Assembly (NCBI GenBank): GCA_964438605.1 | Contig: CAYTKT010000005.1 | Coordinates: 2,395 to 66,394 of the forward strand | DNA: 64,000 nucleotides | Source of the DNA: an uncultured Oscillospiraceae bacterium | Lineage (GTDB): Bacteria > Bacillota > Clostridia > Peptostreptococcales > Anaerovoracaceae | Reading direction: 5' to 3' | Shown here: one piece after another, positions 29,024-37,700 of the stretch | How the letters are laid out: every line of letters begins with the position of its first letter | Position numbering within the stretch: the first letter of the stretch is position 1 | Notes under the pieces: model-generated | What the model saw: only the letters and a program-made list of their open reading frames with translations | Database searches by the model: none | Told to the model about the DNA's origin: nothing | Made by a program: the position numbers and the translations under genes

Positions 29024-30255
29024 ATCACCTCGCTTCCCATGAACACAGGGCCGTCCTTACAGACTTTCCGGCGGACTATGAATTCGCCGTTTTCAACGAA
29101 TACAGGCGCCGGTTCGTGCTCATAATCTGCAAAAATTTTTTTTCCGTCCCCATCGGAAAGTTCGGACGCATCTGCTTCAGCGGACGATTCCAAAACGGCC
29201 CTGATTTTACAGACACAACCGACGCAGGCGCCATAACCGCAACCCATGCGTTCTTCCAGAGAAACCTGGATATCGCCGCCCAGCTTTTGCACATATGTAT
29301 TGACAGCTTTGAGCATCGGACGCGGCCCGCACGCAAAATAGAAGTTGCCCCGGACATCACTGGCTTCCAGACCGTCGATAACCGTACCGAGAAAGGCGTC
29401 GACAGTCGGAAGTTCTGTCGTAATAATGACGCGGGCGCCCAGAGCTTTCAGGTCGTCAGTCAAAAACGGCTCCTTGCGAAAACCCGCCACGACGGTGCAA
29501 CGAACTCCCAGTTTTAGCAATTCCTTCGCCAAAAAATACATCGGTGCCGCACCGACGCCGCCGCCGATTAAAACCGCATGAAGCGGTGTTTTAGCACCGG
29601 AAATCAGAGCCGCCGTTTTTGTTTGCTCTGCGGCGGCGGATTTGTGGGCCGCGCTTTCGGTTTCCGGCGCGGCATTTGACGCGAAATCCGCTGTTTTTGT
29701 TTGCTCCATGGTTGCGGATTTATGGGCCGCGCTCTGGGTTTCCGGTGCGGCACTCGACGTAAAAGCTGCTATTTTAGTTTGCTCTGTGGCCGTGGATTTG
29801 CGGACTGCGCTTTCGGTTTCCGATGTTATATTCGATGCAAAAGCCGCTATTTTAGTTTGCTCTGTGGCTGTGGGTTTGCAGATCGCGCTTTCGGTTTCCG
29901 GCACGGCCATCGGGTCCGCAGTTCCCTGCGCGCCCTGCGGGCGCGGCAGAGTAAACCCGTTGCCCAGCGGCGACGACACGCGCACGAGGTCGCCGCTCCT
30001 GCAAGCTGCAAACTCTGCCGTGCCCGCGCCGACGACGGCATACACAAAAGTTACCGTGCCGTCGTCGGGGTCAGCATCGCAGATGCTGACCGGGCGCGGC
30101 AGGATCAACCTGTCGGCGGCCGGATACAGATTCGCAAACTGACCCGGGCGCGCAGCGCCCGCAACTCCGGGCGCCGACAGCGTCATCTTCATAATCCCGT
30201 CTGCAATCTGCTGGTTACTGACGACCTTAGCCTCATAAATCTTTTTTTCAGGCAT
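29014..30255 (-). CDS. pyrK: dihydroorotate dehydrogenase B electron-transfer subunit with about 115-aa repeat insertion
   Basis: FAD-binding barrel (RPVSICD), NAD domain (LIGGGVGAAPMYF) and a C-terminal 2Fe-2S motif (CGYGACVGCVC). 413 aa compared with a typical ~250. Confidence 0.85.
   Translation of the reverse strand: MPEKKIYEAKVVSNQQIADGIMKMTLSAPGVAGAARPGQFANLYPAADRLILPRPVSICDADPDDGTVTFVYAVVGAGTAEFAACRSGDLVRVSSPLGNGFTLPRPQGAQGTADPMAVPETESAICKPTATEQTKIAAFASNITSETESAVRKSTATEQTKIAAFTSSAAPETQSAAHKSATMEQTKTADFASNAAPETESAAHKSAAAEQTKTAALISGAKTPLHAVLIGGGVGAAPMYFLAKELLKLGVRCTVVAGFRKEPFLTDDLKALGARVIITTELPTVDAFLGTVIDGLEASDVRGNFYFACGPRPMLKAVNTYVQKLGGDIQVSLEERMGCGYGACVGCVCKIRAVLESSAEADASELSDGDGKKIFADYEHEPAPVFVENGEFIVRRKVCKDGPVFMGSEVIWE
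29587..29898. repeat. 4 x 78-bp in-frame tandem repeat inside pyrK
   Basis: Encodes ETESAICKPTATEQTKIAAFASNITS / ETESAVRKSTATEQTKIAAFTSSAAP / ETQSAAHKSATMEQTKTADFASNAAP / ETESAAHKSAAAEQTKTAALISGAKT. Confidence 0.9.
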
Positions 30256-30572
30256 AATACCCCCTTACCATTCCATCATACATATATCTATAAACTCATA
30301 ACACATCAACATACACCCGACAATCCGAATCTATATAGCTTTTATATAGCTTTTTCCTATTTATTATAAATATTTAAAAAATTACTTTTATTATATCTAA
30401 AATATAATTTAAATTATATTTATTCATTCTAATTTTTAGTATTCTATATATAATTCTATATATATTAGTTTTTTCGTATATATCAGCTCCTGCTGCGTTT
30501 ATTTTTTAGCATATAAGCAGATTTATAATATTGCAAATGTGAAATCCTTTCATATCGCCTAACCAAAAACCC

Positions 30573-31490
30573 TCATATCACCCGCCTGAGATCAGCCCTC
30601 ATCCGCAGCGCCGCCTCCCGCGCCGCCTCTGCATAATCCCCGTCAGAAAACTTGTCCTCCTTTTTATACGCCGCTGTAATTGCCCGCGACGAATTAACGA
30701 TAGCCCCAACTCCATCGTCATCGAAAAACCCCGCAATATCTTCTGCCGTTCCGCCCTGCGCGCCATATCCCGGCACCAAAAAAAACGTATGCGGCATCTG
30801 TTTTCTCAGCTTCTCTCCTTCTTCACGGTGCGTCGCTCCCACGACCGCCCCCGCATCGCTGTAACCGCACGTTCCCATAACCTCACGTCCCCATAACTCG
30901 ACCAGCCCGCCGACCGCCTCATAAACCCTGCGTCCGTCCGCGAGCACAAGATCCTGCACCTCACTGCTGCTCGGATTGCTCGTCTTAACCAGCAAAAAAA
31001 TTCCCTTCCCCCGCTGATCGCAAGCTTCAAGAAACGGCCTGATTCCGTCGGAACCCATGTATGGATTAAGCGTAACTGCATCCTCAATCCACGTATCCAT
31101 AAAAACGTCCCCAATCCGTACCCCGCCGATATGGGCCGCGTAAGCCGCCGCTGTGGACGAAATGTCGCCGCGCTTAATATCGCCAATGACGATAAGCCCC
31201 TTCGCTTTCGCGTATTCACAAGTCTCATGATACGCCTTCAGACCTTCCGTCCCAAACCGCTCATACATTGCAATCTGAGGCTTTACCGCCGGCACAATAT
31301 CATATACCGCATCTATCATCTTTTTATTAAACTCTGCAAACATCCTGCTTACAGCTTTCGGCGTCATGCCGTACTCAGCAAAATAATCCTCACGAAGAAA
31401 ATCAGGAACCATCTCCAGCGTCGGATCAAGCCCCACAACCGTTGGATTTTCTTTCTCCGAAATCGCTTGAATCAACCGGTCTATCATCAT
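30573..31490 (-). CDS. pyrF: orotidine 5'-phosphate decarboxylase (type 2)
   Basis: Long-form PyrF (GLDP, DIKRGDI). The ATG at 31490 has a GGAGGG RBS. The track start at 31514 is a TTG. Confidence 0.9.
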   Translation of the reverse strand: MMIDRLIQAISEKENPTVVGLDPTLEMVPDFLREDYFAEYGMTPKAVSRMFAEFNKKMIDAVYDIVPAVKPQIAMYERFGTEGLKAYHETCEYAKAKGLIVIGDIKRGDISSTAAAYAAHIGGVRIGDVFMDTWIEDAVTLNPYMGSDGIRPFLEACDQRGKGIFLLVKTSNPSSSEVQDLVLADGRRVYEAVGGLVELWGREVMGTCGYSDAGAVVGATHREEGEKLRKQMPHTFFLVPGYGAQGGTAEDIAGFFDDDGVGAIVNSSRAITAAYKKEDKFSDGDYAEAAREAALRMRADLRRVI

Positions 31491-31565
31491 CTGCCCTCCA
31501 AAATCGTTCTTCAAATTTACAAATTACAAATTAAATCCATTTGCCGGCACAGCCTGCCTCCGCTT

Positions 31566-33065
31566 TTATCTTCTAAACACGACCTTCCCATCCACAATCG
31601 TCATATAGACGCGCCCCTGCACCCGCATTCCTTCAAACGGCGTATTTTCTGCTTTCGATGCAAATTCCTCCTCTCCAACAATCCAGCGCTCCTGCGGATC
31701 AGCCACCGTAATATCCGCCGGCCGTCCCACTTTTAACGTACCGCCGCCAAATCCTAAAATCTTCGCGGGATTCGTGCTGAGCAGTTCCACCAGTCGCATC
31801 GGTGTAATATACCCCGCGACGACCAGCCGCGTATTGCTGACAGCAAAGCTCGTTTCAAGCCCTGTCACGCCAAACGGCGCCTCCTCAAACGGCCGATTCT
31901 TCTCCGCTTTCGCATGAGGCGCATGGTCCGTCGCAATCGCATCTATCGTCCCGTCCATAATTGCCCGGATCACCGCTAAAACGTCCCGCTTTGAACGCAG
32001 CGGTGGGTTCATCTTTTTGTACGTATCCGCCATCCTTCCGGAAGGTGTCCCAACAATATGACCTTTCCCCGGACTTTTGAACCCGTCTGCAAAATCCTTT
32101 TCGACGCATTCATCTTCCTTACGGCTTTCCACACGTTTGCGCATCTTTTCTAATTCTCTCTCAGCACGCACATCTGTCTGGCAGTCATCCGAACTTTTGT
32201 ATCCGTTCCCAAATCCGTTTTCAGCGCGCACATCCACCTCCACATCACTGTCACAAAGTGTAAAGTAGTGAGGCGCCGTCTCCGCCGTCAGCTTGATATT
32301 CCATCTCTTTGCCGTTCTGATCAGATCGAGGCTCGATTCCGTACTGATATGCGAAAGATGCAGCCTGCACCCCGTTTCCTTCGCCAACAAAATATCCCGA
32401 ATCATCATCATTTCTTCCGCCTCCGGCGGAATTCCCGGCAATCCCAACCTTTCAGAAACCTGTCCGCGATGCATACAGCATCCGTCCGAAATTTCATGCT
32501 GCTGCGTATGATCAAAAATCGGCATATCGAGAGACTTCGCCAAACACATCGCCTCCCTCATCTTCATCAAATCGGAAACAGAACGCCCATCTTCGCTGAA
32601 CCCACAGACACCTGCATCTTTCAGTGCCGCCATATCCGTCAGTTTTTCTCCCTTTTCTCCAACAGTAATCGCCGCTGACGGCAAAACCTTCACACCATTC
32701 GCCTCGCGCGCCTTTTTCCGAATATATTCCACCGTTTCCACACAATCCGTGACAGGTTTCGTATTCGGCATCGGACAAACCGCCGTAAAACCGCCTGCGG
32801 CCGCCGCCTCACATCCCGACGCAATGTCTTCCTTATATTCAAAACCCGGCTCCCTCAGATGCACGTGAACATCAATCAATCCCGGCATAACCCATTTTCC
32901 GGCGGCATCGACAACCTCCGCCCCCGCTTTCGCAAGTTCCGCTTCTGTGCCGCCCGTTTCAAACAATCCCCGGATCACACCGTCCTCTATCAATAAATCA
33001 GCCGTCCCGTCAAACGACATAGACGGATCAATCACCCTTCCGCCTTCTATGTAAATCTTATCCAT
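31566..33065 (-). CDS. pyrC: dihydroorotase with about 70-aa insertion
   Basis: DVHVHLREPG, the carboxylated-Lys region and DHAPH. 499 aa compared with a typical ~425. Confidence 0.9.
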   Translation of the reverse strand: MDKIYIEGGRVIDPSMSFDGTADLLIEDGVIRGLFETGGTEAELAKAGAEVVDAAGKWVMPGLIDVHVHLREPGFEYKEDIASGCEAAAAGGFTAVCPMPNTKPVTDCVETVEYIRKKAREANGVKVLPSAAITVGEKGEKLTDMAALKDAGVCGFSEDGRSVSDLMKMREAMCLAKSLDMPIFDHTQQHEISDGCCMHRGQVSERLGLPGIPPEAEEMMMIRDILLAKETGCRLHLSHISTESSLDLIRTAKRWNIKLTAETAPHYFTLCDSDVEVDVRAENGFGNGYKSSDDCQTDVRAERELEKMRKRVESRKEDECVEKDFADGFKSPGKGHIVGTPSGRMADTYKKMNPPLRSKRDVLAVIRAIMDGTIDAIATDHAPHAKAEKNRPFEEAPFGVTGLETSFAVSNTRLVVAGYITPMRLVELLSTNPAKILGFGGGTLKVGRPADITVADPQERWIVGEEEFASKAENTPFEGMRVQGRVYMTIVDGKVVFRR

Positions 33066-33211
33066 TTAAAACAATTCCCTTCCCGTTCCTGATTTCAGCT
33101 TCATCATCCGCGCACTCCACGCCAGTCCATTCACTCTGCCTTCGCTCGTATCCTTATTTTTCCGTCTTATTCCTATCAATTCCATTCTTTTATTCTCTGA
33201 CCGATTTTTTA

Positions 33212-34111
33212 TTACGCCTTATCCTGATTTTCGTTTTTTTCAATCTCATTCCCATCAGAGTGAACGACAACCTGCGGAAATGGAATCTCAATTCCATTCT
33301 CATCAAATGCCATCTTAACGTCCTCATACAGTGAATACCACGCCGGATAATAGTCATTCGTATTACACCAAACGAGTACATCAATAATCACCGCATTGTC
33401 TCCATGCTCCGACACCCCGATCATCGGCTCCGGGTCCGCCAAAAAAAGCGGCGATTTTTGCACAACCTCGGCAATAATCTCCTTCGCTTTCTTAATATCC
33501 GCATTGTAACTGATTCCAAATTTTGAATCAATCCTCCTGCGATCCGCCTGCGAGAAATTCGTCACCACATCTGTCGCAATCTTTCCGTTCGGAATCGAAA
33601 TTACTTTATTGTCAAGCGTAATCAGCGTCGAATACAGCAAATCTATCTTTTCCACCCTGCCTCCAACGCCGTTCGTTTCCACATAATCCCCCTTCTCAAA
33701 AGGCTTATGCATCAACACGAGAATCCCGCCCGCAAAATTCGACAGACTGTCTTTGAGCGCCAGCGCCACAGCCGCACCGCACGCGCCAATCAGCGTAATA
33801 AACGCCGTCGTCGGCACACCAAGCGCGCTGAGAATCGTCACCATTAAAAATATCCATAATATAACTTTTGCCGTGTTAATGATAAATGTATGCAGCGCGT
33901 CGTCCAGCTTTGAACGTTTCAGCATCTTTCGTATAAAATGCAGGAGAATCTTCATCAAAATTATTCCGACGATGAAAATAATCAGTACCCCTATAACCCG
34001 CGATATTAACTCATTCCCCAACAGATTTTCCAGCCTGCTCAACAGATTTTCTCCAATATTTTCTACGGTTTCCGTATCTAAATTTTCTAACTCGTCAACC
34101 TTATCATTCAT
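33212..34111 (-). CDS. small-conductance mechanosensitive channel (MscS family)
   Basis: Three TM segments plus the MscS beta-domain pattern (GDYVETNGVGGRVEKIDLLYSTL). The ATG at 34111 has an AAGGAGA RBS. Confidence 0.85.
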   Translation of the reverse strand: MNDKVDELENLDTETVENIGENLLSRLENLLGNELISRVIGVLIIFIVGIILMKILLHFIRKMLKRSKLDDALHTFIINTAKVILWIFLMVTILSALGVPTTAFITLIGACGAAVALALKDSLSNFAGGILVLMHKPFEKGDYVETNGVGGRVEKIDLLYSTLITLDNKVISIPNGKIATDVVTNFSQADRRRIDSKFGISYNADIKKAKEIIAEVVQKSPLFLADPEPMIGVSEHGDNAVIIDVLVWCNTNDYYPAWYSLYEDVKMAFDENGIEIPFPQVVVHSDGNEIEKNENQDKA

Positions 34112-34714
34112 CCTGTCCTTCGTCTCCTTTCTCAACTCGCCTTTCCCTGCCGCCCTGCCGTACTTCGGCTTTCTGTGCGTCTCAAATTTTCTGCACTCTG
34201 CCTTCCGCGTACCTGGAAATTCTCTATACCTGCCCCACCTTTCGCACATTCGGACCTCTCATGCACTCGGATTTGCGTCTGTCTGAGTTCTCTACATTTC
34301 TCCGGCCTCAACCGTATTCAAGCTCATTCAACCCTTTATACGCTCTGATTTGCACACGGTCAGATTATCTTATCCTATGCTTCCGATTTCTGCTTATTCC
34401 GACTCTCCGTATCCTTGATTTCCCGCTCATTCGACATCTATACGCCCCGATTTTCTGATACGTAACTTATCAGATTGTTAAATTTTATTATAATTATATC
34501 ACATCCTTATTTTCACCGCTCCTGTTTTGCGCCTGTTTCACAGGGCAAAAGCGCTTAAAAAACCAGGAAAATGTGATAAAACTTGAATTTACGTTGATAA
34601 CGCGAAAAAAGAACCGTTTGAGGCTCCTTTTCGCTGATCGTACCGCGCCGTCACCCACTCCGGTGTACGGACACAAGCCGGACGGATTTTCAGATTTCCA
34701 TTTTAATTTTACCG

Positions 34715-34746
34715 CAAAAAGAGCGGGACAAAATGCCCCGCCCTCG
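34715..34746 (-). terminator. intrinsic terminator of the SLH protein gene
   Basis: The minus strand reads GAGGGCGGGGCATTTTGTCCCGCTCTTTTTGCGG, about 25 nt after the stop codon. Confidence 0.6.
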
Positions 34747-34770
34747 TTTTATATCATCAATTTCGTTCGT

Positions 34771-37700
34771 TTACTTCACCATGAGACGGATCATCCGCTG
34801 CATGATAGTCGCGACTTCCGCTCTCGTAGCGCTGCCGTCCGGATTGAGCAAACCGGTATCGCTGCCCTCAAGAAGTCCTGCGCCGACCGCCCATGTCATA
34901 GCGTCGGCGGCGTAACCGGAAATGGCCCCGCTGTCAGAAAACCTGCCAAGGTTGCCTTTTGCCGTCATATCCATGTTCATCACTCCGGCGTAACGCCAGA
35001 GCATCGTCGCCAGCTGCTCTCTCGTGATGTTGTCATTCGGGCCGAAAGCGCCGCCGCCATATCCTGTCACGATACCGTGTTCATTGGCCCAGGCGATGCC
35101 TTCCGTGTACCAGCTGCCGTTTGCGACGTCGCTGAACATATCGGTGGCCGTGGCGGATTCTTCGTCTTCCAGCCGCCAGAGAACCGTACTCAGCATCCCT
35201 CTCGTCATCGCTTCCTTCGGAGCGAATGTCTTGTCAGCCACGCCCTGGAACAGGTCATGAGAACTTGCAAAGTCGACTGCGCCGGCAAACCAGTTGGAAC
35301 CCGCCACGTCGTCGAACGCTTTGCGGTTATCTTTGACTTTCACGCTGCAGGAACCGTCTAACAGCGCATCAATGTAACCCGCGTCTACGACAGATTTTTT
35401 CACAACCGTCTCCGTACCGTCCGGTTCGACGATTACCAGGACATTTCCGTCTCCGACGACTGGCAGTTTCGCCTTGAGGCCGCCCTTGAGAGAATCAATC
35501 TTATTTCCGTCAACGGCGACTTCGATGCCGGTAGTGCCGTCTTCTTTCTTTTCGACAGAGACGCTGACTTTGCCGCCGTCGGAAGTGTTGAGTTCTTCCA
35601 GCGAAGCAGTCGGCAATGTGACATCAGCCGCATCTGTCTCGACTGTAAGATTCAGGCCCGCGTCCGCGATGTCGCCCATGCTCGATTTCGGCAGTTCCAC
35701 AGTCATTTTGTCCGCGCCGTCCTTTGCTTCGGGCGCCACGGTCAGATTTTCAGAATTTGCGCTCTTTGCGGCTTCAATACCCGAAGTCACAGTATCTTCC
35801 GTAATCTCGGCTTTCGCCTCGTTTCCGCTCACCGTGGTCTCCGGCGTCAGGAGCGGTTCTTCCGGTTTCGGGCTCGGCTGTGGTTCCGGCTCAGGCTCCG
35901 GTTTAGCTGCAGATCCGCCGCCGGAACCGCCGCCACCGGAACTACTGCCGCCGCTGGAAGGACGATTGGAAACTGTGACGGTAATCGTACGGGTAATCGT
36001 GATTTTTTCACCGCTATGATTTCCGCTGTCCGGGTGGTCATAGACTGCCGTGACCGTGGCCCTTGCTGTGCCCACCTTGAGACCTGTTATTTTTGCGCCG
36101 TCCACTTTTGCGATTTCGGCGTTATCGACGGTAACTTTTGCATTTTTGTCAGATGAGATTGTCACACTTTCATTCACATACACATCGACATCAGCAATCT
36201 CACTTCCAACTTCCGCAGGGTATGAAACAGTCTGAGCTTTCTTTTTCTCACCCTGGAGTTGGACGGTAATCCGGCCTGCCTCACGTGTCAGCGCATTCTC
36301 ATCCAGTTCAACGATCAGCGAACTTTTTATATCCGCATCGCCGATGGTAACAGGAGCGCTGACAGGCGAACCATTTCGATAAAAGCCAACGGTATCGCCC
36401 TCTTTCAGTTCGCTGCCATTCAGAGCAAGAACCGCATAATCGGCATAACCTTCCGGCAGATTGTAGATTGTTGCAGGAATTTCACGGTCATCTGTTTTCA
36501 GATTCACGACACTTGATTTGTGCAGAATATCATAATTCTGATCGTTCGGCGTGTCGTTCGGCGTGAATGTCCACGCATAACTTTCCCCGTCCTTCGTAAT
36601 CACAGTATCGGGTTCATACCAGTGAAACGTTCCTGTCACGGTTTCATTTTTTACACCGCTCATGCTCGTAGGACCGGAAATGGTTCCCAAAACTTGTCCT
36701 TCATAACCATTAAAGACCGGCTCGGTTCCATAATTTTTCACCTTCTCAACGACTGCTTTGATGTCCACGGAATTATCGGCGTATGTATCGGATTCGTCCC
36801 CGGCGTAAGCGGTGATCCTCACTTTATAAATCCCCGCATTTTTCGGCAGACCGACCACCCATGCTTCCGATTCGATTGGAGCGTATTCTATTTTTGTTTC
36901 AAATCCGATTTCGCCGTTTTCTCCGACCTTTAAGCCCAAATCAATTTTGTCACCCGTGTATTCCTTATTATAGTCTGATACGTCAATTGGAACGGGCTTT
37001 TTTTTCATGACCCGAACTGTCACCGTTCTACTGTCTTCCGCCGGATCATCCGGTTTGTTGTAGTTCTTTGTGTCCGTTAATTCGAACTCCCAATGGCATA
37101 CTTCATCTTTAAAATCATCTTCGAAATCTTCAAATTCATCGTCTTCTGTTAAACTAAACGTCCCATCCACCACCATCTCCTCTTTATACGGATTGACGTA
37201 GAGGCCGTGGACTTTGACATCCGTTTTCTGTTCGTTCACATAGCCGCACTCTGCTGTAACTTCGCCTTTGAGAACCGGCGTCGCTTTTTCCACTTTTAAG
37301 GCATTTTCGATCTTGTCATTTGTAGCTGTGTAGTTTCCTCCGGTTATTTCAATTTCTACATCGTACCCATCGTCGTCGACCTTTGCGTCATAAGCGGCGC
37401 CTTCTGACATGAACTCGGCATTAACCACTTCGGCAAATTTCTCGCCATTTATCATACCGTCCGCGTCGAAAGCCGAGATATTGAAAACTGCCTCCTGCCC
37501 ATACTCTTTTGTAAGTTCCGTTTCATCTTTAACCTTAACCGTAACCTCTTTCGGATTTATCACGCCTTCCGCATGAACCGCCGACTTGGACGACAATACG
37601 TAGTTATTCACATCTTTGCCAGTCAGGTTTCCCGGAGTAATTTTTACTTCTTGTGTTCCCACGTCGACATTTTCATAGACACCTTCAGAACCACTGATCA

